IMG/VR virus record: IMGVR_UViG_3300030708_001288
Span: 1 to 44,478 of that record
From: a virus
Taxonomy: Duplodnaviria; Caudoviricetes
DNA: 44,478 bases
Direction: 5' to 3' (one strand)
Below, in pieces: positions 1-10,239 of this stretch; position 1 is the stretch's first letter, and each line of letters begins with the position of its first letter. The position numbers were made by a program, and so were the translations under genes. A model generated the notes under the pieces. That model was not told where the DNA came from. It did no database searches and worked only from the letters and a program-made list of their open reading frames with translations.

Positions 1-3
1 AAT

Positions 4-966
4 ATGGCAGCATCAATAAATGACGTAAGAAATACTGTCTTAGCAATAGCTAATAAAAATAACTACGGTTATATATCTCCACAAGATTTTAACTTGTACG
101 CACAGCAAGCTCAGATGGATATGTTTGAGGATTATTTCTATGCTTATAATAGATGGATACAGAGAGAAAACGCTAGACAATCGGGAACAGGGTATGCGGA
201 TATAACTAAAAATTTACTAGAGGTTATGGATACATTTTCTAAGAATGTATTTTTAACGCAGGTAAATGCTAATACCTACTCACTTCCTTCAGATTATTAT
301 CTAATGAATAAATTGTTTTATTATTCATCTGCTTTATATTCAGGGACAGTTACAGGGATAAGTGCAGGTAATACCATAACAGACGCAACACAGTCTTCGG
401 TATGGACAAATATTCCTAACTCTGCACCAACACCACCAATAGGTAGTCTTATTGTAAATACAACTACATTAAAAGAAGCTTATGTAACTAAAGTTGATGC
501 ACCTGGTACAGGAACCATTAGCTTAAGTGCAGATATTTTTGCAATAGGTAATAGTTATGTTATATATTCAAATACAAAAATTAGAGAGGTAGAGAGAGTA
601 AGTCAAAGTAAAATATTTTATTTAACAAACTCTAGCCTTACCGCTCCTACTACAACATATCCTGCGTATGTACTAGATGGTAATACTATCACTGTATATC
701 CTACAAGTATACTACAACAAGGAGCAATACACGCACAATATATACGTTATCCTCTAGCACCTAACTGGACATACCAGCTTATAACAGAGGGAGAACCTAT
801 ATTCTATCCAGCAGCTACAGACTTTCAAGACTTTGAATTACCTGAATCTGATGAGCCAACATTGATTGCAAAGATTTGTCAATACGTTGGTATAGAAATT
901 AGAGAGGCTGATGTATATAACTTTGGAAAACAAGAAGAGAGTACTGAAACACAAGAATCGTTTTAA
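4..966 (+). CDS. Tail tubular/ring (head-tail adaptor) protein
   Basis: 320-aa ORF; N-terminus (VRNTVLAIANKNNYGYISPQDFNLYAQQAQ) and C-terminal YIRYP..PNW / DFELP resemble ring proteins of Bacteroidota podoviruses; directly upstream of the nozzle gene. Confidence 0.7.
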   Translation: MAASINDVRNTVLAIANKNNYGYISPQDFNLYAQQAQMDMFEDYFYAYNRWIQRENARQSGTGYADITKNLLEVMDTFSKNVFLTQVNANTYSLPSDYYLMNKLFYYSSALYSGTVTGISAGNTITDATQSSVWTNIPNSAPTPPIGSLIVNTTTLKEAYVTKVDAPGTGTISLSADIFAIGNSYVIYSNTKIREVERVSQSKIFYLTNSSLTAPTTTYPAYVLDGNTITVYPTSILQQGAIHAQYIRYPLAPNWTYQLITEGEPIFYPAATDFQDFELPESDEPTLIAKICQYVGIEIREADVYNFGKQEESTETQESF

Positions 967-968
967 TT

Positions 969-1889
969 ATGGCATATATAACAGATTATCAATATTATGA
1001 GAATGGGGGAAATGTCCCAACGGATTCTAACTGGGGGTCATACCAATACGTTAGCTTAGAAGATATTGTAAATAATTTTATGTTAATGTACCAAGGGAAT
1101 AATGAACTTATTAATAATATAAATCGTTATCAAGTTTTATTTCACGCTAAGAGAGGGATACAGGAGTTGAACTACGATGCGATGAAAGAGATAAAAATAT
1201 TAGAGCTTACGGTATGTGACCAATTAAGATTTGTTTTACCTCCAGACTATATAAACTGGGTGAGAATATCCTTAGAACAGGACGGTATGTTATATCCAAT
1301 GACAGAGAATATACAGACTAACTGGAGTGGAGCATACTTGCAGGATAATGACTGTAATATATTATTTGATATAGATGGAAACGTATTAAAACCTGATAAC
1401 TCATTCTTTGATAAGCAAAGACTAGATGGTAAACAAAAGAATATGTACCTAGGTGATGGCCCATACCATGGTGTGATGGGATACAATATAGATGGTGCTT
1501 GGTATTTTGATTATAATATCGGTGCACGTTTTGGTTTAAATACTGAGACAGCTAACATCAACCCAACATTCAGTATAAACAAAAAGGGAGGTGTTATCAA
1601 TTTCACGTCTGATATGTCGGGTAAGTTAGTTGTCTTGGAATATGTGTCGGATGGTTTAGAGAATGGAGACGATGCTAGTGTAAGTGTAAATAAATTATTT
1701 GAAGAGTTTATCTATGCATATATAAAATATTCTTTACTGAACGGAAGATATGGTGTTCAGGAGTTTATAATAAATAGAGCACGTAAGGATAAATCTTCGT
1801 TATTAAGAAATGCTAAATTAAGACTAAGCAATATACATCCTGGTAGATTATTACAAAATATGAGAGGTCAGAATAAAATTATAAAGTAG
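969..1889 (+). CDS. Virion structural protein, probable second tail ring protein
   Basis: 306-aa ORF tightly packed between ring and nozzle genes; LPPDYINWVRIS and VVLEYVSDG motifs typical of ring/adaptor proteins. Confidence 0.6.
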   Translation: MAYITDYQYYENGGNVPTDSNWGSYQYVSLEDIVNNFMLMYQGNNELINNINRYQVLFHAKRGIQELNYDAMKEIKILELTVCDQLRFVLPPDYINWVRISLEQDGMLYPMTENIQTNWSGAYLQDNDCNILFDIDGNVLKPDNSFFDKQRLDGKQKNMYLGDGPYHGVMGYNIDGAWYFDYNIGARFGLNTETANINPTFSINKKGGVINFTSDMSGKLVVLEYVSDGLENGDDASVSVNKLFEEFIYAYIKYSLLNGRYGVQEFIINRARKDKSSLLRNAKLRLSNIHPGRLLQNMRGQNKIIK

Positions 1890-1890
1890 G

Positions 1891-4800
1891 ATGGCAAAAA
1901 TTTCAACAAACTTTATACGGGGACGAATGAATAAAAGCGTTGATGAACGCTTAGTTCCTGTAGGAGAATATGTAGATGCAGTAAATGTTAGGTTAGGTTC
2001 TACGGAAACTACAGAGATAGGTGCGGTAGAAAATTCTAAAGGTAACACTAGGTTAACTACTTTGGAATATGCGGGTGCAGAACTAACGGATAATGCTAGA
2101 ACTCTTGGATGTTTTGAGGACGGTATAAACGAAACTATTTACTGGTTTGTACACGATGAAAATAATCCTAATTCTGTTGTTACAGGGGTGGTAGATATGA
2201 TTGTATCCTACAATACTAACACCAATGCTATTGTCTATCATGTTATAAGTACACAGGTATTAAACTTTAATTCTAAATATCTTATAACAGGAGTATCTAA
2301 AATAGAGAACCTATTATTTTTTACTGATGATTTCAATCCCCCTCGTGTAATAAATGTAAATAGAAAATACGACTATCCTGATGGTGGTATAGATACAGTA
2401 TTTGAAGAGGAGGATGTTAGTGTAATTGTAAAACCTCCAGGGTATGAAGATTATGATGTAGCGGCAGGACAGGTAGCTCCTTTAGGTACACCTCATGTTG
2501 AGTTAATAGAGGTTCCTGGGCAAGAGAACTATATGGAAACAAAGTTTTTATCTTTTGCTTATAGGTATAGATATGAAGATGGTCAGTATAGTGCTATATC
2601 TTTATTTTCTACACCTGCGTTTGAACCGTTTCAATTTGAACTTAGTACTACAAATTGGTGGAATGAAGGAATGATTAATAAATTTAATGCGGCTAATGTT
2701 ACCTTTTCCACAGGAAGTAAGAGAGTATTAGAAGTAGATTTATTATACAAACAGAGTACATCTAATGTTATATACGTTATAAAAAGATTTATAAAAAAGA
2801 ATGAGGGGTGGTCAGATAATTCTTTTCATACTGTACAATTCACTAATAGTGAGATATATACTACACTAGGTTCTGATGAGTTATTAAGATTATATGATAA
2901 TGTTCCTTTACGAGCAAAGGCTCAGACAATAATGGGTAACCGATTGATGTATGGAAACTATGTAGATGGTTTTGATATTACAGACAAAAAAGATGGTAGC
3001 CAAATAAAAATAGATTATTATACTACAGCTCTTAGTGAACCTTTTAGAAATAGACTTATTTATAGTTCTACTAACCCTGTGTTAAGTGATGGAACCTACA
3101 CTATAGGAGGAGCACATACTGAAACTAATTCTGTGTTAACATTTGATTTAACAAACGTAGCGGTAGGAGGAGCTGCAATTCCTGTAGGTACAACATTAAA
3201 TTTTAAATTTACATTAGAACAAAGTAACCTACCTTCCTGTACTAATTTAGGACCTACCAATTTTTGTGATGAGATAACGATTCAATCAAGTCCCTTTGAA
3301 TTATATATGACCTTTACATGTCCTGTAGAGTATCCAGATGTAGATACTTTACTTAGTTCTCCAGAATTTAAAAATAGGATAGGAGGTAGTGTAGCTGATG
3401 GGTTTAGTAATCCTTTTATTATTAAATCATTATATCCTTGTAACGAATCAGATTCAGGTTCTACTTTAAGTGATAAGTTTTATGCTCTAGCAGAAAGCCC
3501 TATGGCTTCTTCAAACTTTTATTTAGTAAGTGGAGGTATTGATAATACAGCCTGTAGTTCTACAGACTTAGATACAAATCCTTTTCCTACTGCGTGTGCT
3601 AATCAAATAGTAGAAACTGGTGTAACAGATGGGACAGGAGTAAATGTTTTAATCGACACTAGTGAAGATTTTATAGCTAGTGGTGTAGTAGTAGGAAATA
3701 TAGTTACAGATGTATTAACAGGTTTTAGTGCACAGGTTACCTCTGTTTCTACAAATGAGCTAGGATTAACCGATATAAATGGAGGTATAAATACATTAGG
3801 TAATGATAATGTACCTTACCAAATTACTACAGGTGGGGGTTCTACCCCAATATGTTCACCTCAAGGATTTAAATACACACCTTTAGGTAATAATAAGTTT
3901 AGTTTACAAATACCTGCCACGCAATACTTTGCGGCAGATGGTACATCAGGAGGTGATGTTGCGATAGCTTATAGGTATTATAACTTCGAGCAGTTTGGAT
4001 GTAGGGTAGAAGTAACTGATGAACCAAGTAAATCAAGCTTACACTCTAATAGAGATTATGAGGTAGGTATAGTATATATGGATGAGTATGGCAGGGCATC
4101 TACCGTTTTAACAAGTGTAGATAATACAGTGTTTTATCCTGCATCTACATCAGATAATAAAAACCAAATACAGGTAACCTTAAAAAACTTACCTCCTTAC
4201 TGGGCTAAGAAGTATAAGTTTGTAGTAAAACCTAGTCAGGGTACCTATGAAACTATTTATGCAAAACAATTTTTTAAACAAGATGGGACAGCTCAGGGAA
4301 CTACAGGTCTTCCTGTAGCAGAAACTAATGACCCTAGTAGAATATGGTTTAAGTTAGAAGGACAAAATGCTAATCTAGTTAAAACTGGAGATGAGTTAAT
4401 TGTAAAAGCAGATTCAAATGGCCCTCTTAATACCGAGGTAAAGGCAGTAGTGTTAGATGTTCAAGCATTTTCTTCTAATGGTATTTCAAGTGACCAAAAA
4501 TCTTTAGCAGGATTATATATGCTTTTAAAAGCTGATGGATGGCAAGCAGAAGTTTCAGATGATTCTATAATAGAATATGGTCCTCAAGTATGGTCAGGTA
4601 TGTCTCGATTTGAAGCTATTGTATTACCTAATACTAGTTATGCAAATCAGTATACTAACGGTTTAGGTTATATTGCTTCTTGTAATGTTTTTTGGAATTT
4701 TGGTACTTTTGTTGATTTATCAGGTTTAGAGATTTATTATATACCTCCTTTTGACCCTACTGTTGGTGGAACAACAGATTTATATACAACTTCATTTTAT

Positions 4801-7323
4801 AATAATTATATAACTACAGGTACTGGATTATTTCCATATAACGGATTTTCTACCGACCCTATTTTTTCGTATGGATATCCTTTATTTGATACAAATACTA
4901 ATCAAAACTATACTATTCCTGCAGGTAGTGAAATTACAATTAGATTAACTGTAAGTAGAAGTGAGAATACTGGAGAAGCTGAAAGACTTTTAGTTTATGA
5001 AAGAACTTTTGTCTCAGGATATGATTATACTACTTTTTATGATTGGGCACTTGGGGATGATTTAACTAATAAAATGACAGAAAATAGTCCTGGAGTTATA
5101 AATAATATAGGAATGGAATTAGGTTTTGATGCAGGTGATTATACCCTTGAACCTTTAATACTTCCAGATTTATATAGTGTTCCAGGAATACCTGCTGGTG
5201 ATTTATTAACATGTAAAGCTTGTTTAGGTTCTTATGAAAGCACTACATTCCTTAAAATACATAAAAATGGAGCGGGACTACAATATATGGTAATGCAGGG
5301 TAATTTAACATCATCGGTTTGTTCTTTAAATATTAAAGTAAAACGTAATGCTACAGACTTTGTATTTGAAACAGTGCCTGAAGATGCAGATGCTAACCTA
5401 TTTTATGATGCCTCAGACCTATTAGAAATAGAGGGAGGTTTTCATCAAGCAAAACAAAACTTTGACCCTGTGTCTCAGTCTTATAGTTTAGAGGCAACAG
5501 ACCAAAACCAGACAGCTACACAAAACTTAGTTACTACATTAGATGCATATAACTGCTACTCCTTTGGTAATGGTGTAGAAAGTTATAGAATATATGATAG
5601 TGTTATAGGTAAACCTTTTAATTTAGGGGAGCGTGTATTGGCGGTATCTAACCAGGATTTTGTAGAGGCCGATAGGTTTTCTGATATTACATATAGTGGT
5701 GTGTATAGTAACTCGGCTAATATAAACAACTTAAATGAGTTTAACTTAGGTTTAGTAAACTTTCAAGAGTATGAAAGAGACTTTGGTCCTATACAGATAT
5801 TACACGCACGACAGACAGATATATTGACATTACAAGAGGATAGAATAACATACGTACAGGTAGGTAAAAATCTTTTAAGTGATGCGGTAGGTGGCGGAGC
5901 AGTTGTTTCTACACCACAGGTTTTAGGAAAACAAATAGCAAGAATCGAAGAGTATGGTATTAGCCATAACCCTGAAAGCTTTGTAGCGTGGGGGTATGAT
6001 ATGTATTTTACTGATGCTAAAAGAGGAGCTGTCATAAACCTAAAAGCTGTAGGAGGTGGAGCTGATTCATTGAATGTTATATCTAGTGCTGGTATGAACT
6101 CATGGTTTAGAGATACTTTTAATAAACAGCTTACTACACAAAAGCTTGGAGGTTATGACCCATACATGAAAGAGTATGTATTAGGTACTAATTTAAATAC
6201 TGTTCCTGTACCTGCAGAAAGGGTACCTTGTGGGCAGGCAATAAATCAAGAGTCAAGTACAAACTCTATAACGTATGATGTAGAGGTAGGTGAGGTTATA
6301 GGTACTATAAATATACCATATCACATAAGCTCAGGAGATGTTAACATAAGTATTACATGGAATGGTTCTGTGGTAGCTTCTGTTTTAAACGCTACGATTC
6401 CAGGGACTTTAAGTTTTAGTAAAACTTTAAATACTCCTACTATATGTACGGTGTTAGTTACCCCTAATGTTTCTTCTACCTATGAAGTAATTGTAGAGTG
6501 TCCTGAAGAAAAGGAGATTAGGGTAGTACAGGTAGTGGTAAATAGTAATAACTATGCAGGACAATTTATTCATACAAGCTATAACTGGAGTGATGGTAGT
6601 ACGGTTAGTCCATCTACAGGTTTCTCTTCGGCACAGCTGAAAGTTACGCAGCCTGCAGAGTATGTAGAAAATATAGGTATTCGCTCTCTAGGTGTCTTCC
6701 CATATACAGGAAGTAATATAACATTAAGAACTGAAAAGTTTGGTATAGATGATTTTGATTTTAATCCTTCTAAACATAGGTTTAGAATATTATCTTCTAA
6801 CACACAGTATACCAATAGTGTTGCAGATATTGATGCGTTGTTAGCAGCGAGTACTACAGTAGGACCTATATCTAATCCTGTAGCTAATACTTTTGAGGCT
6901 ACCGAGGTAGCGATGAGTATACCTGACGGTAATCTATATCTTTATTTAATATGGGATTTAAGATTAGTATCTTCACAAACTGTTTGTTACTGTAGTGCAG
7001 GAAGCACAGCAGATGATGTATGCTGTACATGTACAACAGTATGTAAGAACGTATATATAGGACCACAATGTACAACACAGGCACAAGCTTGTACAACAGA
7101 TGTGGATACTCCAGGTAAATTTGAAAGACCTTTTGAGGTAACGTTCTCAGGTAATTCGAGTATACCTACTATAGGAGATATAGTATATGCTACATTAAAT
7201 TGTGGTTTACCTACGCTGGCACCAGGGTTTTATATTGTAAGCCCTGTATCCCCATCGGTAGGAACAAAAAAATGGATAGAATTAGATAATGCAGGAACCG
7301 TAATAGATGAAGGAAACTGTTAA
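1891..7323 (+). CDS. Tail nozzle/stabilisation (muzzle-like) protein, N-terminal major part with Cys-rich C-terminal extension
   Basis: 1810 aa; starts with GRMNKSVDERLVP.GEYVDA.N..G; also FAYRYRY.DG.YS, GNRLMYGNY, GIVYMDEYGR, YGISHNPESF and GGYDPY motifs of P22 gp10-like/crAss muzzle-like proteins. Confidence 0.75.
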   Translation: MAKISTNFIRGRMNKSVDERLVPVGEYVDAVNVRLGSTETTEIGAVENSKGNTRLTTLEYAGAELTDNARTLGCFEDGINETIYWFVHDENNPNSVVTGVVDMIVSYNTNTNAIVYHVISTQVLNFNSKYLITGVSKIENLLFFTDDFNPPRVINVNRKYDYPDGGIDTVFEEEDVSVIVKPPGYEDYDVAAGQVAPLGTPHVELIEVPGQENYMETKFLSFAYRYRYEDGQYSAISLFSTPAFEPFQFELSTTNWWNEGMINKFNAANVTFSTGSKRVLEVDLLYKQSTSNVIYVIKRFIKKNEGWSDNSFHTVQFTNSEIYTTLGSDELLRLYDNVPLRAKAQTIMGNRLMYGNYVDGFDITDKKDGSQIKIDYYTTALSEPFRNRLIYSSTNPVLSDGTYTIGGAHTETNSVLTFDLTNVAVGGAAIPVGTTLNFKFTLEQSNLPSCTNLGPTNFCDEITIQSSPFELYMTFTCPVEYPDVDTLLSSPEFKNRIGGSVADGFSNPFIIKSLYPCNESDSGSTLSDKFYALAESPMASSNFYLVSGGIDNTACSSTDLDTNPFPTACANQIVETGVTDGTGVNVLIDTSEDFIASGVVVGNIVTDVLTGFSAQVTSVSTNELGLTDINGGINTLGNDNVPYQITTGGGSTPICSPQGFKYTPLGNNKFSLQIPATQYFAADGTSGGDVAIAYRYYNFEQFGCRVEVTDEPSKSSLHSNRDYEVGIVYMDEYGRASTVLTSVDNTVFYPASTSDNKNQIQVTLKNLPPYWAKKYKFVVKPSQGTYETIYAKQFFKQDGTAQGTTGLPVAETNDPSRIWFKLEGQNANLVKTGDELIVKADSNGPLNTEVKAVVLDVQAFSSNGISSDQKSLAGLYMLLKADGWQAEVSDDSIIEYGPQVWSGMSRFEAIVLPNTSYANQYTNGLGYIASCNVFWNFGTFVDLSGLEIYYIPPFDPTVGGTTDLYTTSFYNNYITTGTGLFPYNGFSTDPIFSYGYPLFDTNTNQNYTIPAGSEITIRLTVSRSENTGEAERLLVYERTFVSGYDYTTFYDWALGDDLTNKMTENSPGVINNIGMELGFDAGDYTLEPLILPDLYSVPGIPAGDLLTCKACLGSYESTTFLKIHKNGAGLQYMVMQGNLTSSVCSLNIKVKRNATDFVFETVPEDADANLFYDASDLLEIEGGFHQAKQNFDPVSQSYSLEATDQNQTATQNLVTTLDAYNCYSFGNGVESYRIYDSVIGKPFNLGERVLAVSNQDFVEADRFSDITYSGVYSNSANINNLNEFNLGLVNFQEYERDFGPIQILHARQTDILTLQEDRITYVQVGKNLLSDAVGGGAVVSTPQVLGKQIARIEEYGISHNPESFVAWGYDMYFTDAKRGAVINLKAVGGGADSLNVISSAGMNSWFRDTFNKQLTTQKLGGYDPYMKEYVLGTNLNTVPVPAERVPCGQAINQESSTNSITYDVEVGEVIGTINIPYHISSGDVNISITWNGSVVASVLNATIPGTLSFSKTLNTPTICTVLVTPNVSSTYEVIVECPEEKEIRVVQVVVNSNNYAGQFIHTSYNWSDGSTVSPSTGFSSAQLKVTQPAEYVENIGIRSLGVFPYTGSNITLRTEKFGIDDFDFNPSKHRFRILSSNTQYTNSVADIDALLAASTTVGPISNPVANTFEATEVAMSIPDGNLYLYLIWDLRLVSSQTVCYCSAGSTADDVCCTCTTVCKNVYIGPQCTTQAQACTTDVDTPGKFERPFEVTFSGNSSIPTIGDIVYATLNCGLPTLAPGFYIVSPVSPSVGTKKWIELDNAGTVIDEGNC

Positions 7324-7333
7324 ATAATAGAAT

Positions 7334-8314
7334 ATGGCGTGTAATAATTCAACATTAGTATATTGGGCAGGCAATGATTTTGCTACTGCTCCTCAGTTAT
7401 ATCAGAACTCTACGTTAACTACCGTAGCACCTCCTGGTTTATATTCTTTTGGTGGGGTATATAGAATTATGTCAGCAACTAATGTGTTAAGTCCACCTAT
7501 CAAATGTCCTGCATGTTTAATTGATTGTACAAGTGCCTCTATTGTAAGGATGTCAGGTAGTACATCGCCAGGTAGTTACTTCTTAAATGCAGAGTTAGGA
7601 GCGGGAACAGGTGCGGTTATTTTAAGGTTCAACCCTAACACTACACCATCTCAGTTGACATGGACTTATGATGGGTTAACTGCCTCAGAATATAGTAGCG
7701 TAACCCATGGGTATAAACAAGGAATTATAGGGCAATATTTTTCTGCAGCAGACGGTGGAACATACACATGTAATGGTGGTGTTATCACAAGTAATAGCGG
7801 AAGTAATAGTCAAACCTTTTCAGGTTTTGAGTATGAGTATGAAACAGTATCAGGAAATTTTGTACCTAAAGAAGATAATATAGGAAACTTAATACCAGTA
7901 AATCTAGGGCCATATAATGCATCTCAGGTAGATTTGTTTAGTGGGGCACCTGGATATTTTACAATGGTTGTACCAAAACCAAACGCTACACCTAGTGTAT
8001 TAAATCTTAGGGTAGACGTTATCTGTCCGAATGCCGATTTCTTTATAGATGTAAACTGTCCTGTATCCTTAAATAGTTTTAGTGCAGGAGTAGCTGGTGG
8101 AGGATGTGGTGTATATAGCACTAATATTTTTACCGCCTCTGTAGCTACAGCAACAGGTGTATCTGCAACTATAGGTGTAAACGACTGGGCGTTTGTAGAT
8201 GTTAATGGGGTAACACAGTTACCTGCAGGAAGATATCCTGTATTAATAGGAGGGGTAAATCATTTTGTAGATGTAGATAGTAATGGAATAGTAACAGCGG
8301 TAGCTGCATGTTAA
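7334..8314 (+). CDS. Cys/Gly/Thr-rich virion accessory (tail decoration) protein
   Basis: 326-aa ORF within the tail operon; its terminal G.Y...G.V....C module matches the end of the upstream protein. Confidence 0.5.
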   Translation: MACNNSTLVYWAGNDFATAPQLYQNSTLTTVAPPGLYSFGGVYRIMSATNVLSPPIKCPACLIDCTSASIVRMSGSTSPGSYFLNAELGAGTGAVILRFNPNTTPSQLTWTYDGLTASEYSSVTHGYKQGIIGQYFSAADGGTYTCNGGVITSNSGSNSQTFSGFEYEYETVSGNFVPKEDNIGNLIPVNLGPYNASQVDLFSGAPGYFTMVVPKPNATPSVLNLRVDVICPNADFFIDVNCPVSLNSFSAGVAGGGCGVYSTNIFTASVATATGVSATIGVNDWAFVDVNGVTQLPAGRYPVLIGGVNHFVDVDSNGIVTAVAAC

Positions 8315-8329
8315 ATTTAAAATAAAGTT

Positions 8330-9196
8330 ATGCCACATACAACAAGCACACCATATACAGTATCTTATAGTGAAGATGCAAAAGGATGGCCTTCATTCTA
8401 TGATTACCTACCAGACTATATGACAGGTATGAATGGTTTTTTTTATTCGTGGAACGGAGGAGATTTATATAGACACAATACTAATGATACACGTAATAAT
8501 TATTACGGGGTACAATATCAGTCTGAGATTACAGGCGTGTTTAATTTAAAGCCATTAGATATAAAATTATTTAAGACCATGTCTTTTGAGAGTAGTGCTG
8601 CTTGGGAGTGTACATCTTTGTTTACAGATTTAGATACGGGAGCAATGCTTTCTACATACTTCGTACAGAAGGAGGGAGAGTGGTTTACCTTTTTAAGGGA
8701 GGCAACACAAACAGAAACTAACTTTAGAGACAGGTCAGCAAATGGTATAGGACAATCTAATACAGTGGTTGGACCAGCCAATGCTGTGGTAATAACATTT
8801 AATAGTGATACCTTAGGAAGTATATTAAGTGTAGGAGATTTTATATATTCTACAACACCTGTTTCACCTCCAGCGGTTACGGGTGCACCAATATTTGTTG
8901 GTGTAGTTACTGCCCTTGTAAGGGATAAGATTACCTCATCTACAGGTGTGGTTACCTTACCTTCTATTACGGTAGATACTGTAGGTCCTTATCCACCTGC
9001 ACCAGCAACTCCATTACCTCTACCTTTCCCAGGTACAGTGCCAGCGGTAGGAGATTTTATATTATTTATAAAAGATGCGGTAGCGGAGTCACATGGAGCT
9101 AGAGGGTATTACTTAAACTTTACACTAAAAAATTCGGACACTACAGCGGTAGAGTTATTTTCCGTTGGTTCAAGTGTTATGCAAAGCTTTCCGTAG
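8330..9196 (+). CDS. Tail protein, probable detached C-terminal part of the nozzle protein
   Basis: Begins TVSYSEDAKGWPSFYDY.P, then KLFKTMSFES, KEGEWF and RGYY...L...ELFSV.S; from recall, these motifs form the C-terminus of single-chain nozzle proteins. Confidence 0.6.
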   Translation: MPHTTSTPYTVSYSEDAKGWPSFYDYLPDYMTGMNGFFYSWNGGDLYRHNTNDTRNNYYGVQYQSEITGVFNLKPLDIKLFKTMSFESSAAWECTSLFTDLDTGAMLSTYFVQKEGEWFTFLREATQTETNFRDRSANGIGQSNTVVGPANAVVITFNSDTLGSILSVGDFIYSTTPVSPPAVTGAPIFVGVVTALVRDKITSSTGVVTLPSITVDTVGPYPPAPATPLPLPFPGTVPAVGDFILFIKDAVAESHGARGYYLNFTLKNSDTTAVELFSVGSSVMQSFP

Positions 9197-9203
9197 AAAT
9201 TGT

Positions 9204-9211
9204 TATCTTTG
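9204..9211 (+). promoter_or_regulatory. Bacteroidota -7 promoter element (TATCTTTG)
   Basis: Matches TAnnTTTG in the intergenic gap, 31 nt upstream of the ATG at 9243. Confidence 0.55.
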
Positions 9212-9242
9212 CAATAAATAGATTATTTAAAAAAATAAATAT

Positions 9243-10220
9243 ATGGTAGGAGCAATAATAGGTGCAATAGGTGGCGTAGCTTCAGCTGCGTATAGTTTTT
9301 ATCAAGCAGACCAAGAATCTAAGGCTGCAGCAGCAGCTCAAAAAGAACAAGCAAGACTTAGAAAAGATGCAAGAAGCAGAGCTGAAATAAATTATTTTGA
9401 AGGACTAACGTTACCTATGGAAGCTTATGAACAAGCTTTTGAAAACACATTAGCTTCAACACAGACACAGGTAGAGGCATTACAGGAGGCGGACCCACGA
9501 GCATTAGCAGCAGGTATTGGTAGGGTAGGTGCTATCGCTACACAACGTGATGCACAAACTAGAACTACTATGGCTGAAGATTTATTTAAGTTAGATAAAA
9601 TGAAAGCTCAATCCAGGGACGCTGTAAACCAACAACTTTTTGCTCTTGATTTAGCGGAAAAAAGAGAGATGGCAAAAAGAGAACGTGACGCTGAACGACT
9701 TAAAGCTCAACAGGTACAGGCAGGTATAACAGGAGTAACAGCAGCGGCTCAAGGTATTGATGCATTAATACCATTATTTACTGCTAGTGGTACAGATAAA
9801 AGAGCTATGGAATTAGCGGAAATGTATAAAGATACTCCTGGTTTAAAAGGTAAAACAATGGATGAGATAGTAGAGATTATGACTCCATATGCTAAAGATA
9901 AAGCTAAATATAAAAGTTTTAAAAGTCGTTCTCCAGAAGATTTTTCATTCAAGGATAATGAGTTTATATTCAAATACATGGACCCTTCAAACACTAATAA
10001 TTTAGATAATGTTATTGCAATACCTGATAATGACACGATAACTTTAAGTGACGAGGTAATTAATAACCCAGGATATGGTTTAGGATTAACACCTGAAACA
10101 GGGTTTACAGGTATGACTACGGATACTTTAGATTATTTTACTAAAAACCCAGGTGGTACTATGATGAGTTTATTAAGTCCATTTTCAGGACTTGATGACG
10201 AGTTCAACATTAGAGATTAA
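9243..10220 (+). CDS. Putative internal virion/ejection protein 1
   Basis: Gly/Ala-rich hydrophobic N-terminus followed by Ala/Gln coiled coil; first of three genes after the tail module, as in podovirus core-protein operons. Confidence 0.55.
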   Translation: MVGAIIGAIGGVASAAYSFYQADQESKAAAAAQKEQARLRKDARSRAEINYFEGLTLPMEAYEQAFENTLASTQTQVEALQEADPRALAAGIGRVGAIATQRDAQTRTTMAEDLFKLDKMKAQSRDAVNQQLFALDLAEKREMAKRERDAERLKAQQVQAGITGVTAAAQGIDALIPLFTASGTDKRAMELAEMYKDTPGLKGKTMDEIVEIMTPYAKDKAKYKSFKSRSPEDFSFKDNEFIFKYMDPSNTNNLDNVIAIPDNDTITLSDEVINNPGYGLGLTPETGFTGMTTDTLDYFTKNPGGTMMSLLSPFSGLDDEFNIRD

Positions 10221-10239
10221 TAGAATACAGATATAAGTT

